The notes below the pieces were generated by a model. That model ran no database searches, had not been told where the DNA came from, and saw only the letters and a list, made by a program, of their open reading frames with translations. Positions 36,373 to 56,377 of a stretch of 64,000 nucleotides of DNA are shown here, in pieces (within the stretch, counting starts at the first letter, position 1; each line of letters opens with the position of its first letter). Origin of the DNA: Guillardia theta CCMP2712 (Eukaryota > Protista > Cryptophyta); assembly GCF_000315625.1 (NCBI RefSeq), contig NW_005434608.1, forward strand, positions 17,969-81,968, read 5' to 3'. The translations under genes were made by a program, and so were the position numbers.

Positions 36373-37040
36373 TCAATTATTTGAGTGAGATGGTGCTTCC
36401 AGATAGGGGTAGGGGTCCTCAGGGGTACTCTCACGGTACCAAGTGACTAAGTGGGTAGGGTTCCAAGACCCGCAAAGACAGGCGCAAGGGGGGTAGGGGT
36501 GGATTATCAAGATAATCTTGTGGCATGTCACGCCGGGGCCCGGGGAACTGAAAGGTAGCGAGTCCGCCTCAAGTCCCCTGTAGCAGTTGGCAAGTTGGCG
36601 GACCCCATGGTAAATTTCAATCAATTTTCACGCAAAGCTCAGCAATTTGGGGCGACACCTTGAATTTGACCCATCCTTACCCTCATATGCCCCGAATTTT
36701 AATACCAAGGGTGGGTGCTTTTAAGCAGAAAATTCTGAAACATGACCCACTCTTGGGCAGAACATTGGAAATTGTACCCACCCTGTGGAGATTCTGAACT
36801 TCAGGTACCCTACTGTCTGTCACCGCTGATTTCTCGAGAACAATACCGGTTCTTGATTACCCTACCCCTGGTAAAACACTACCCAGGATCAAGCCACCCC
36901 CGTCGGCTCCCTTCAGTTCGAACGCAGGGATCAACGGTCGTTACCCCGTACAAACTTCCGGCTCGCCTCAGAATAATACCCCTACCCCCTCCATAGAGCG
37001 GTCCATGGGGGGTTTAGGGACCCCTGCCCCCCTCCACCTT
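36373..37040. promoter_or_regulatory. GGGTA/TACCC-rich upstream block, class B, between divergent symporter and kinase genes
   Basis: Dense GGGGTAG and CTACCC motifs, non-coding. Role inferred from position. Confidence 0.35.
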
Positions 37041-37643
37041 GCGCTTATGGATCGAGTATGGCCTGGCGGTCGGGAGAGGGAGAGAGAAGGGAGAGTTGCT
37101 TGATGTCTCGAGCTGCCTCTAAGAAATATCGGGAGAGATTCTCAGCCTCACTGGCCCTCTCCTTCCTCTCCTTCCTCTCCGCGTCTGAATGTCGCTCATA
37201 TGATCTTGAGATATTTTTGTTGCCTTCCCCTAGAGATTGCAATTGCTATGCCTTAGCAGTTTTTGGCGAGGGAAGTGAAACCTAGAAGCCCGCGTTTGAT
37301 GGTTGAATCTAGAAGATCTTTAGATTAAGAAGAGTGGATGAGCTAGAATGGCTTTATCATTTGCACAGTTCTGGCTGAAATGTGAAAACTTATCCATGTA
37401 TCTAACAAGTCGTGGATTACACATTTTTCCTGATGTGGTAATGATGCATGTTCTTGGCAGATTCGGCCCTTACATCTATGAGATAAAGTGGGTTACATTC
37501 ATTACTCGAGTTTCTCGATCGGAACAGCATTTAGATACAACATCGTACGTTGAAGTCTATGGGACAAGAATTTTTGTTGCCTGAAATATAGGAACGGACA
37601 TCGTGAAAAGGTTTCATCATCGCACTCGACTTGTTTGTGCACA

Positions 37644-40600
37644 ATGGGAAAGCTTGAAGAATATGAAGTGATGAAACTTCTCGGGAAAGGATCTTTCGGA
37701 TCTGTTTACTGCGTTCGTCGTTTGGCGGTTTGTTCCTTTGGGGATGTGGTTTCAGTTGATGACTCGTTCTTCTAAATCAGGATCGCTCTCTTCATGTTAT
37801 GAAGAAGATTTCGATCCACAACATGCCTGCAAAGGAAAGGACGGCCACTGAGCAGGTAGACATAATTCATGCATGTTGTGCAGGCTGCAGTGAACTTGTT
37901 GCCAACAGGAGGTCAAGGTTCTGCAAAGACTTCGACATCCTGGAATAGTCTGCTATGAAGATAGTTTCATTCACAAGAATAGACAGGTCGATCAATCTCT
38001 CATATCCCTGCTTGTTCTGAATTGCTTGATTGCAGCTTTGTATCGTGATGACCTATTGTGAGGGCGGGGATCTCGCTACTGTCATTGAGAAGCGAAGGAT
38101 GAGGGCTTTTCCCGAGAATGAAGTACTTGATCTTGATGCCAGCTGTGTTCATTGGTTTCTCCTCTAATGCTCCTTACTTTTACAAGGTCGTCAGTTGGTT
38201 TCTGCAAATTGCACTGGCACTGCAGGTGTAGGATGTCGTGAGCAAACCGTCTGAATTGACCAGATTTTGATTGACAGTACATGCACGAGGAGCACATTCT
38301 TCATCGTGATCTCAAGACGCAAAACATCTTTCTTACACGAAACAACATCATCAAGGTTTGTCTTGCCATGATGATGGCTCTAGACTATTTTGGTAGCTTG
38401 TTAGTAAGGATTCTCTCTGTTTCAGCTCGGTGATTTTGGGATCGCAAAAGTTCTCGAGGGAACTTTGGAAATGGCAAAGACAGTCATTGGTACGCTAGTG
38501 AACGCTGGATCAACGTGAATTATGAAGCTTATTGTATGGACTCCAGGAACGCCATACTACATGTCACCTGAGCTTTTCCGTAATCAACCATATTCTTTCA
38601 AGGTGACCGAACGACCTGACACCCAGCGAGATTGGAAATGACCAACCTGTCAGTCTGATATTTGGTCGTTGGGGTGTGTTCTGTATGAGATCGTCTCTCT
38701 ACGACATGCATTTGAGGTTTGGTCGATTCACCGTCTCAATTATTGTAACTTGCAATCAGGCTCGAGACATGAATTCATTGGTTCAGAAAATTCTGCGGGC
38801 TTCTTACGGTGAAATCATCTGAGATTGTTTTCATGTTTAATTCTTCTCTGTCAGGACCAATTCCAGCCACAGTCTCGAAGGTCTGCGCTAAGATCAGAAT
38901 GAAATCTCTATTCATGGTTGATCCAGGAATTGCGATCGCTTTTGAAAAATATGCTTTCTCTATCACCACAATCCCGTCCCAGGTAATAGTCTTATGGATT
39001 CCCGTGGTATCGGATCCAACGCGTTGCACACAGTGTCAACGAGATCCTTGCTCTCCCTTTCATTAGGAAGGAGATGGGTGCCTACGTGCAGTATCAGTTG
39101 GGTGACGATTCAGGTCCTTGCAGCTGAAAAACCTTGAAATGAGCTCAATATTACGCAGCTGCAAATTTGCTTCGAGATGACCCCAAGTTGATGGGATTCA
39201 TTCAACAAGAGCAGGTGTACTCGATTTTTCGTCAGCCATCAAGGTGACACTGGAATAGAATCGTTTGGAACAGCAAGCACGAAAGCTTGGGTTCGATATA
39301 AAGAAGAAATCTCACAGCGGTTCTAGTTCAGGTATTGACTGATTTTGAATTCTTCCGCTCAAAGTTCCAGTAGGAGAAGTGGAGTTCAATGACGGCAACA
39401 AACCGAATCCTCCTCAACCAGACCAGAAAGCTGAGCAGATCCTGGCGCGGGTAATCACTTCATTTCCGTTTCAAAGAATCCCGAAAGCTGATAAGAAGTT
39501 GCAGAAGCCGACACCCAACTCATTGCCGTCTGCTGCAGACGCTGAAAGGGTGAAGACAGGAATGGTTTTGACATCCAACATTGCTCTGAATCTGTTGTGC
39601 AAGATCCGCATGGAAGAGAAAGAGAAAGACAGAGTCAAGCGCGCACAGGTTTGATTCATTTCGTTTTCACTGGGGATTTCTGAGTTCTTGATAGGCTTTC
39701 CTTGAACGAGAATTGAGAGCCAAAGAAAGAGCAGAAGCAGGTGGATTAGTCCGCAGTTTTTTGACCTCCAAACTCGTTAACTTTGCTGCAGCCTTGCGAC
39801 AATTGCAGAAGGAGAAACAGGACAGGATAAAGGCTCTTCAGGTCCTTGCTTACCCTCTTTGCTAGTTTTGTGAAGAAGGGGTTGACATGCATTACAGGAG
39901 CAAAGAGAGCTCCGAGCCAAGAGGATGCAACAAGTGAACAAGACGATCCTTTGACTTCCTTGATCCTCATTCCATGGCTCAGGTTCATCCCAAAGGCGAA
40001 GCTGGTCTCATGAACGAGTGGCAGGTGCGTTGTACTTTCGAAGTTGATGTCCGGTGCAATCTCTTGACGCATCTGAACCTGACACCATCAGCATCGACTG
40101 CAAGAAGCTCAGAAGAAGCACGAGCAGCGAAGGAAGGAGATGGGGATGGTTGCCCACCTACGTCTTTGCTGCTTGCGGCTGACTGTCGCTCAGGTTCCTG
40201 GGGATCATCGCCCGAAGCCTCCGTCCAAGTCAAGGCTGGAGGAGGTTGACGCGAGGGGTAGAGATGAGGATGTCTCATGCGTCATGCAGCAACCGAAGAG
40301 GAGCATCCTCGAGCAGCGAAACGTGAACGCAAGAGAGCGGGAAGGGGCACCGGTACCGTCTGATCCCATCGATGAAGCATGCAGTCACCAACGATGCAGA
40401 TTCGCCGGGTGGAGGAGAAGAATCAGATCGTCGAAGATAAGGAGGTACAACCACGCGAGCTTGCAATGTTCGTTCAAGTGATGAGATCTATCAGAATGTC
40501 AAGAATGTTGTCGAGAAACCTAGCTCCCAACACAATGTACAAGGCTATGGAGCCTCTCTTGAAGGGAAGGTTGACGACTGCATGCAGGAACAAGTCATGA

Positions 40601-43600
40601 ATGCGAACCAGCAACGAATGAAGGAGCAGGTGAGTGAAAGCAAGGCTCGTGTTGACGTGCCTGACTCATCAGCAGGCGGAGGTTGAACAGCAGAAAGTGG
40701 ATGCGATGAAGCAGGTAAGCCCACTGCCCTGATCTGCTTACTGCAGAAGTTAAGAGCTCAACAGAAGCGAGCTGAGAATGAGAAACTGCGCGAAGAGATG
40801 AATCGCGACATGCAGGTAAGATGCTTGCCCTTGCTGCGGGAATTCCTGATGGTTCCGGAAGATGATGGAGATGAAGCTGAAGCAGCTCAAGGCCAAGAAA
40901 GATGCTGACGAGCGCATGAAGGTGAGCGAGTATTTCCGTGTCCTCCTCCTCGACCTGGACCGCATCCTTCTCCTTCTCTCGCTCTCCTGGTCTCTTCCTC
41001 GTGCTCCATCTGATGGAACCTACAGCGGGAGAGGATGGCGCTGGCGAGGCAGAGGCAAGATAGCAATGCAGCACAGGTTCAGCAGGTGCCCACCTGAGAC
41101 CTGCTGACGAGGACTTGCAGGCTGAGCAGCAGGTGGTGCAGAAGGAACCGCAACCTCAGAGGGTTCAGAACGTCCGGGACGTGAACCCGCTCTCCTCGCG
41201 GTCTTCCGCTGACGTCGACGAGTCGATTCAGACCCCCGCGCCCTCCCACGCCGCCAACGTCTGCAAACCTTTCGGAGTATGCGAGAGCTTCCTTACCCCA
41301 GCGCAGCTTCCTGCACGCAAGGGCATCGTTCCCGCGCCTGTTCCTGACGTGCAGCAGGCGGAGAAGGTATCGTCCTACCCGCCCTCCTTGCTCTGTTGGG
41401 GTTGACGGCACAGCAGGGCCCTGAGTTTCGCAAGGACAAGTATCAGGACGCAAGAAACAGGTGCGAAAGGAGGCAGGAGAGGAATCTTGATCTCTCTAAC
41501 GCCCTTGCCTTCAGACCGCAACAGCCTGTGCGGTATGTCGACAGCCGCGCCCCGCAAGCTGGAGAGCAGAAGGGAGGGTACAGGTCGATGCCCTCCCCCT
41601 CCTCTTCCTCCCACTTCCCCTCCTCTTCCTCCCCCTCCCCCTCCTCTTCCTCCCCCTCTCCCTCCTCTTACTTGAGCGACAGGTACATGGTGGAGAAACC
41701 TCCTGCTGTGCAGGTGGATCAGATCCGATACTCAGGTGAGTCACATCTCCCTCGACCTCTCCTGCTGATGCCAGCACCAGAGCCTCACTTCACTCCTCCT
41801 CTCTTCGCTCCGCCTCCACATCCTCCTCCCAACCGGCTTCAGGTGAGGGGAGGGAGATGGGAAGCTTAAGGTTGGAGGAGTTGACGCAGTGTAGGTTCTA
41901 CACACTCCTGTCAATGGCGTATACGGGAACAATGGGGACTTCTTTGGTGCGGATGGCATCGGTAGGAAAAAGGCGATGGAGTTGAAGCTGCTGATCCTTG
42001 AGCAGGAGCAGACTTGATCAGCAGGCAGAAGGAGCTTGACAGAATGCATGTGAGTGCGAGGGAGAAGGAGAAGGAGGCAGGGAGATGGTGGGAGGGGTTG
42101 GGGGGCGCGGGGGGGGGGGGGAAACTTCAAGATACACTTAATAAAACAAGAAACAAAAAAAGCGAGAAATGAGGAGGGCCAGGAAATGAGCCTAAAGAGC
42201 CTGTTGACTTAACGGTCACACAAGATGGAGTATTTGACTCATTCGATCTCTTCGTGGTGAGAACTGGAGGAGGGACGAGAACAAATCANNNNNNNNNNNN
42301 NNNNNNNNNNNNNNNNNNNNNNNNNNNNNNNNNNNNNNNNNNNNNNNNNNNNNNNNNNNNNNNNNNNNNNNNNNNNNNNNNNNNNNNNGAGAGGGGGCGT
42401 CAGCGGACCAAGGCAAGGAACGGAGGCGCCTGATCCGATCCCCCGTCGGGACTCATTTATTCCCCCCTAGTAGGACTTGCGATGTAACTCATTTGAGTGC
42501 GAGATTTCCACAGCACCAGGGCAATAGGGGAGTGAATCAGGGGGGGGGGGGGGGGGGGGGTTCTTTCGACTTCTCATCATTTCTCCGCGTCTTACAGGCA
42601 AGGCAGCAAGTAGCCCAACAAACGCAGCAAGAGATGCAGGTGCAGCGATCTCCTCTTCCTCCTCCCTCTCCTCCTACCTCTCCTTCTCCCTCTCCTCCTC
42701 CTCCTCCTCCTCCTCCTCCTCCTCCTCCTCCTCTCCTCCTCCTCCCCCTCTTCCATCTTCCTCTCCCTTTCCTCCTCCTCCTCCTCCTCCTCCTCCCTCT
42801 CCTTCTCCTCCCTCTCCTCCTCCTCCCTCTCCTCGCCTTCCTCTCAACGTCTGCGCACAGGAGTTTCAAATGACGGTGCATCGCATCTCCAAGGTTTCGC
42901 TTGCTCCCGCTAAGCTCGACCTCTGATGGACTTGCAGGCCATCGGATCGTCTGCAGTCTCCAGGCCTATGATGATCCAAGCGGAGGTTGCCTCCTCCTGA
43001 ACTCCTCCCCCTCCTCCCCCTCCCCCTCCATCGCCCTTCTCATCTGCTGCTCCTGTCCTCTCCCTTGGCTATCTCCGCCCGCTGAGATGCTGAGCAGGTG
43101 GGTGCCAAGATCTCAGAGCGCGATCGCCTCCTCCGCCAGGTTCTTTCGTCCTCCCCTCTGACCCCTCTGACCGGCCCCATCAGCGTCAGCAGAGCGACGC
43201 TCGTCGAATGCGCAAGGCAGGAGGGCAGGAGCCATCGGTCCGCCTCTTCGGTGACGTGGCGTACGAGGGAGGGCTCTACTCCCCTCAGGTGCTCCCCCTC
43301 CTCCATCCCGCTCCCGCCTCAACCCGCTGGCAGCGCGGCAAGGCGTACATGAACAACGGGGATGAAGGCATCGAAGAGGAGATCGAGGTGAGGGAGGAGG
43401 AGAGAGGGAGGAGGAGAGTGGGAGAGAGGCGAGGAGGAGTCTGACTGAGGTCACGGCAGGAGTACGTGCATGCGGCTCCGTCAAGGTACTCGCCTAGCGA
43501 GGAGATCGACGAGCAGCTGCTCTACTACGATGAGGTGATTTTGGTGGGGTCGTGTGACCTGCTGATGTGGAATGCAGGAGGAGGCAAACTTGGAGCAGGA

Positions 43601-43731
43601 AGTCGCTCACCGCACGCTGAAGATCCAGGTAGGAGGAGGAGGAGGAGGAGGAGGAGGAGGAGGAGGAATAAAAGGAAGCGAATTTGACTGGACTGCAGAT
43701 GTTGAAGACGGCGCTGATAAAGGACGAGTGA
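37644..43731 (+). CDS. NEK: NIMA-related (NEK) Ser/Thr kinase with long coiled-coil C-terminus, many introns, spans the assembly gap
   Basis: [63 protein letters not shown]. That the exons after the gap belong to the same gene is inferred. Confidence 0.88.
42289..42388. other. Assembly gap (100 N)
   Basis: Run of N. Confidence 1.
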
Positions 43732-44002
43732 TGATAATACAATTATTCTTGGTGGAGGAAGAGGAGGAAAATGAAAAGAATTTGTATGTCAGGTTGCGAA
43801 AGCAAATGTTGTACATGAATAAGTCCAGCAGACTTGAAGGAATTCTTATTGATGGTATTGTAACTCGTATGCATTATTTAAAATGAATCAACTGATGTGA
43901 CGGATCTTTCAAAGCTTGACAACTTGACTAACAAACTTGTTTTCATCACCATGAGATCGTTTGCTGTACATGTTAGGCGCCTATCTTACAACTTGCTCTC
44001 GC

Positions 44003-50284
<6,282 letters not shown>

Positions 50285-50289
50285 CTAAA

Positions 50290-50980
50290 GTCAGGCCCCC
50301 CTCGGCTTCAAGACTAGGGTCCCGACCGGGACAGTCCGAGGGTCGGCGAGTCGGACGATCAACAATCATTGTGGCCGGGCAGTGACTCTGGCTTTACTCA
50401 AAGTTAAGTGAAAACTCAGTACGAGGACAATCAGCCTCGGAGAGCAGACTGAGAGGAAGCCGCGCTTGATCGGACCCTGACACTGTCACTGTATGTACGG
50501 TCATTTTGACATAGCCGGCCTGAGTACCGCCCGGCGCCTACCGTCACGGCCAGAGTCACGCAAGTTTGGAACTCAGAGTCGGGGTGGGGCCGGGCCCAGC
50601 CCCGGCGGGCCGGCCGCACTCAGCTGCAGTCAAGTTGCCTCGGACTGCCAGAGGCCGCACTCTGGGCCACTGCCCAGGAGCCTGGCCGGGGGGGGAGCGC
50701 TCCCACCAGTGCGGAGTCGAACTCAGTACTCCGATTCTCGGTTATCAGTCACGGAGTACTGAACTCCGATCGGTTATCAGTACTACTCCGATAATCGGTT
50801 ATCAGTACTCCGATTCTTGGGGCCCGGGCGGGATCGGACTCCCGCTGAGTCCGTCAGTCTGAGTCAAACAAAAACCCTCAGTGAGTCCGGCGGGGCCGCG
50901 GCCCGGCCCGGCCGGGGGCTGCGAGCCTACTGAGCCCGGGCCCGGGCCCCTGACTGCCGGGCCGTCTAGTAGGCCCTACC
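50290..50980. promoter_or_regulatory. GC-rich motif-dense block, class A, between divergent PEX1 and K+ channel genes
   Basis: Dense GGCCGG/CCCGGG, ACTCAG/CTGAG, CAGTCA motifs; non-coding. Role inferred. Confidence 0.4.
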
Positions 50981-51112
50981 GAATGCCATGATGTGGAAGG
51001 CAGGGTCGTCTCGACCCTACTAGGATGGGCAGGAGACAAAGACTGGCGGAAGGCGGGAGCGATGAGAAGAGAAGAAGATGAAGAGAGGAAGACGGAAGTT
51101 AAAGATAACACG

Positions 51113-51650
51113 AGATGAGATGAGATGAGATGAGATGAGATGAGATGAGATGAGATGAGATGAGATGAGATGAGATGAGATGAAAGGAGATGAGATAATA
51201 TGAGAGATGAGATGAGATGAGATGAGATGAGATGAGAGGAGAGGAGTGGAGAGGAGAGGAGAGGAGATGAGAGGAGAGGAGATGAGATGAGATGAGATGA
51301 GATGAGATGAGATGAGATGAGAGATGAGATGAGATGAGATGAGATGAGAGATGAGATGAGATGAGATGAGATGAGAGGAGAGGAGAGGAGATGAGACGAG
51401 ATGAGCTACTCGAGATGAGACGAGACGAGATGAGATGAGATGAGATCAGAGATGAGATGAGATGAGATCAGAGATGAGATGACATGAGATGAGATGAGAT
51501 CAGAGATGAGATGAGATGAGATCAGAGATGAGATGAGATGAGATGAGATGAGATGAGATGAGATGAGATGAGATGAGAGATGAGATGAGACGAGACGAGA
51601 TGAGATGAGATGAGATAAGAGGAGAGGAGATGAGAGGAGATGAGATGAGA
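51113..51650. repeat. (GAGAT/GAGAG)n pentamer satellite; reverse complement of the 5097-5910 type
   Basis: Directly visible. Confidence 0.92.
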
Positions 51651-51741
51651 TGGGGACTCAGGAGAGGGGAGAGAGAGGAAAGGAGTTGAATGGGGATGAT
51701 GGTTGCGATCTTGTGAAGAGAGTTCACACGAAGGAATATAG

Positions 51742-54700
51742 GTCCAGATGGTATCGGTTTTGAATGCATACAAGACTTAGATGCCTTCATGAAAAGATTT
51801 CTCACAGATTTGAACAGGCAACCATGGACGAAAGAAAGGCAATATAGCAGACAGACCGGATCGTTGAACTCTGCCGAAATGGAACAAGACACAAATAGGA
51901 TGAACAACGGGGAACGAAGGATGTCGGCTACTCAACAAGTCTTGACACGCCTGACTTCCAAGTCAAGACTTTTGCAGGGCATCTTTGGAGTGCAGGCTCA
52001 CACGTCGAGCTCTGCATCGAGCAAACTGTCTTCATGGTGGCTTCTTGAAAGGAAAGGGCTGGATGACAACGAAAATCAAACCCCTCCAGACAATGAACCA
52101 GTCTTGATGCTGCCGAGTGAACCTAGATTGTTTCAACAGCCCGTGTGGCGGCAGCATCGATCTGGGAAGGGTTTGATAGAAGCATTGAAATACAAGCTCA
52201 AACCTAAATCCCGCAAGAACAAGATCAAGCCTTCTACAGGCAAAAACATGGAAAAAATGCAGAATGATCTCGATGAGAATGAGAAACTCAATGACCCTCA
52301 GAACTTTCTGATTGAAATCCCGTTGTTCATGTTCAACCCTCGTGCAAGGACAATGATTCTTTGGGACTTCATCATGGTGGCACTGGTGATTTTCACTGCA
52401 GCACTTTCTCCATTCAGATTGTCTTTTGAAGCTTCACAAGTCGATTTTCGTTCCTCAATCAAAGGCTGGGCACTCTATGACACAGACTTCATATTAATTG
52501 AGTATGTGGTCGACGTATTCTTCACGATCGACATGCTTGTCAAGATAAGGACGGCATACGTCAAAGAAGTGAATCGTGAATATACAGTCGTTGTCGACAA
52601 CGTACAAGTAGTGCTTCACTACTTGAAATACAATTTACTCCTGGACGTTATCTGTGCAGTACCATGGGAGCTCTTTTACAATTGGCAACATGTATTTCAA
52701 GGGGGACCAGTAAATAAACCCCAGTACATTTTCTCGTAATGGAAAATTCTACGCCATTTTGTATTGCTAAAACATGATGTTGCAGGTTGGCAAGGATGCT
52801 GCGTTTATTTAAATTACGAAGGTTATGGGAGCTTTTTGAAATAACGCGTATCGGAACTCTCGACAGAGATATCAAGCGCATCAGAGAATTTCTTGCTGTC
52901 CGCATGGAATCTCTCAGATTCCTGAATATCATCTTCGCCTTTTTCTTTTCTTTGTAAGAAGTACCAAGAGCTTCAGTGAGTGGATTAAGTCATTTGTACC
53001 CAGGCATTGGTTTGCATGTGGGATATTTTACATTGGCATCTGGTTTACCAAGAAATACAAGCTGAACTCTTGGATAGCTCGAGTGCAGGTGATAATATCG
53101 TTGATTGCTCGTCGAGTTTTCTGAAATCGAATGTCATGTCAGTATGTCATCTTGGTCTGTGGACAGACAACGTCGTGCTACTCTGAAAAGATCACGATGA
53201 GTTCCATCTATGCTCCAATCAGTCGACAGTACTTGATCTCGATCTATTGGCTTACAACCACCATGACGCAAGTGGGATATGGCGACATCACACCAGCAAC
53301 CGAGTACGAAGTCTACGCACTGACTGTTGCTATGCTTGTCGGCGCAAGCATTTTCTCGTACATAGTTGGTGAGAACAAGAATTCTAGACCCTTGGTTTGC
53401 TCACAGCCTCCCAGGAAATACATCACAATTTTTGGATGAGTTGCAAGGGAAGGACGTCAACATCGATGTAGCTATGCAACGTACGAGATCGTTGATCAAC
53501 TTGACAGGGCTTGGGAGTTTGACGAAAATATTTACAGGCAAATCGAAGCTCATGTCGTATGTGGCAGTTCCAAAGGATCTCCGTGATCAAGCGATGCATT
53601 ACTTTGAACGAGATTTCAGAAGCCCCGTGCAGCTTATGAACTTCCTGGTGCAGGACCTTCCCGACAACCTGACAGCTGAGCTCAAGTTGAGGTTATGGCA
53701 TCAAGCTCTCTACATGCAAAACGGTAATCGGGTGAGTTGAACTTTGATTCGTCATCCAGAAAAGTGATGCCAAGAACTTTTTGGTTGCAGATGGTTCTCA
53801 ATCCGCTGTTGAATTCATTTTCTGCAAACATCATTGCTAAAATCGTTCAATCGCTCAAAAATCGAATCTACATTCCTAATCAATTCGTACTCAGAAAGGG
53901 TGTCTGGACAAGCTTCATCTTTTTTGTGGCATCTGGTGCTTTTGAGATCGTCAACGACGAGAACACTCTTAACTTCATACATCTGATGCCTGGATTCTTT
54001 TCTGGCGAGAATTGCCTGATCAGGGGACAAGAAAACAGTATTTGCAACATACGAGCAGCGGACTGGTCAAATCTTCTGATTTTGGAAAGAGCAGATTTGG
54101 ATTCAATTCTGATTGGTCATGATGATGAGACCGTATGGTTACTGAATTTCTGTCAAATGCGGTGGCCTCTTTTCAAGGCAGTAGTCTCTTTGTGCGAGGC
54201 TCTGCAAGATATCTATTCAAACTCGGTATCCTACGATCCCTTGAAAACTGTGGAACGGATTTCGATGCTGAAGATGGATGATTTGAAAGAGCAGTCATTA
54301 CAAACAGTTCAACGTGCACGTTCGAGCTCGTTGAGCAAAGATGATTCACAGGATCATGAGGCAAGTCTTGTTATGAAGAGCCTTTCGTCTGACTTGATTG
54401 GCCAGGTGCTGCTGCAGGATTTGATCGAGGGGGTCTCAACAGACAACGTGGATATTGCAATATTCCACTCACTGTTTAAGCAAACAGCATACGATTCCAG
54501 TTTAGTCAAAAACGTCATCGCATTTTGCAGAAGTTTGGTGCAACATGGGGATACCTTCGACCTCTCTATTCACTGGTTGGCATCTGAAGAAGTCATGCAA
54601 AGAGTGGAACAGGAGCACCAAGCTCACTTCCCGCGTAGTCAACTCGTTGTGGAGTGCATGGACGCCAATCTCTTCGAAACCAACAGAAATTTCAATCCGT

Positions 54701-56364
54701 TCTGCAGGATATGCTTCATCGGCTCTTCATATGAAACTTTGACGGCCGAGTACAAGAATGAATGTGTCTGGAACGAAACCTTCGTCTGGTCAGCTAGTCA
54801 CTCGATGGAAGGCGAGGAGATCCGAGCGTTTGTCTTCGACTACGTGAATGAAGCCACACAAGTGCTCATCGGAATGTGCGACATCCAAATCGACGCGATC
54901 CCTCCCCAGCAGTTGCTTCTTGACAAGTTCCCCTTGCAAGATCTACAAGGATTTGACGTCGGCCACCTGCGGTTGTCCCTCAAGTACACCCCCCTTCAGA
55001 TTCGACTGGCTGAGGCCAATGACGAAGTTGGAGATTTCACCGAGGGCAAGAGCGCCAGATTCGTCGAACACCTCATTCCCATCGCTAAGTATTTGTACGA
55101 GCAGGTTAACCAGGTTGAAGCGGAATCCAAGCAAATGCTGCAGAGGCTCGTTTCAGAAGCGGAAGTTCTTGGGGAGAGGATCTTCAGGTTACACGGATCC
55201 AAATACAGGAACCTGAAGCAGCAAACCAGGAAGCTTCTTCAAAGCCTCAACAAATTAGCGAAAGTGACCAAACTAACAAACGAAGGCGATGGTTCAATTC
55301 GACGCATCGATGCAGGGATGTTGAGTACATGGAAGAAGTACGAGTCGCCCAAGACTGGACGGAGCTTCTGGATGAACAAATACACCCGCGCAATGAGCCA
55401 CGAATCACCTTCTAAGCAAGGAGGAAGCAAAGAATTCAACGATCTTACTGCAGGTATGGAGAGCTGTTTCCTGCAAGACCTGCCTGGAGCATGGATACAG
55501 AAAGTTTCCCGCAGCACAGGTCTCACGTACTTCCAAAACGTGATGTCAGGAGAGACGTCCTGGAAGCACCCTGCCATAAAGTCTTCCTCTCGAGAACAGC
55601 TGGCTCTCTTCGATGGGGTTATTTCTGTGAGCCTACTCGAGAAGATGAAGTTTCAATTCAAAGTCAAAGCTGTCGCTATTCCAACAAGGGCGTACTGGGC
55701 TGATGATACTGTAGAGATTCCGAAGGAATACAAAATGGTTGGGAAGGAGATTTACGTTCTTGATCCTTTCATGCAGTGGAGAACCTGCACATGGAAAGAA
55801 GACTTTGCTCAGCATGACAAACATCGAGAGGCGATCCAATATGCCGAGAACCAAGATCGATTATTGTTGTTAGCAGAGGTCAAGAGAGGCGCTGATGTGA
55901 GTGTTGGATTCATCCAGTTCAAAGATGGTTTCCAGTATTACGGCCAGATGACCCAAGAGTTACCACATGGTTTCGGAATTGACCTTTATCCTGATTCCAG
56001 CCTTTACAGCGGTGAATTTTCCCAAGGTGCCCGGCATGGATTCGGCTACTATCAGCACAAGGAGCTGTCATACACAGGGTATTGGCATCGTGGCAAGCGT
56101 CATGGAGTTGGGATCGAGACGATATCCATCTGTGGTTATGCTCTTGAGACTTTCACATCCTTCAGCCATGGCATCCTGCGACTCCGTGAGAAGTTGGGAG
56201 CTGAGAACAGTCAACAGGTCTCAGCTCTGAGAAAGATGCTTGAGACTAGGGGGAAACAAAATCTCCTGTGGGGAGAGAAAGCAAGACTGATCGCCAAGCA
56301 GATCGCCAGCATGACCGTCATGGACACTGAAATCTTGATACCAGATCAACCATTGCAGACATGA
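51742..56364 (+). CDS. Voltage-gated K+ channel of the CNBD (EAG/HCN/plant Shaker-like) class with extra C2, two WW and MORN repeats; first exon possibly near 50985
   Basis: S1 WDFIMVALVIFTA, S2 YVVDVFFTIDM, S4 RLARMLRLFKLRRL, pore YWLTTTMTQVGYGDITP, CNBD FFSGENCL...NIRA, C2 NPFCRI...VWNETF...VFD...IG...GHLRLSLKY, WW WKKYESPKTGRSFW and WIQKVSRSTGLTYFQN...TSWKHP, MORN YYGQ...PHGFG, YSGEF...RHGFG, YTGYW...RHGVG. Confidence 0.87.
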
Positions 56365-56377
56365 TCCACACTCACGG

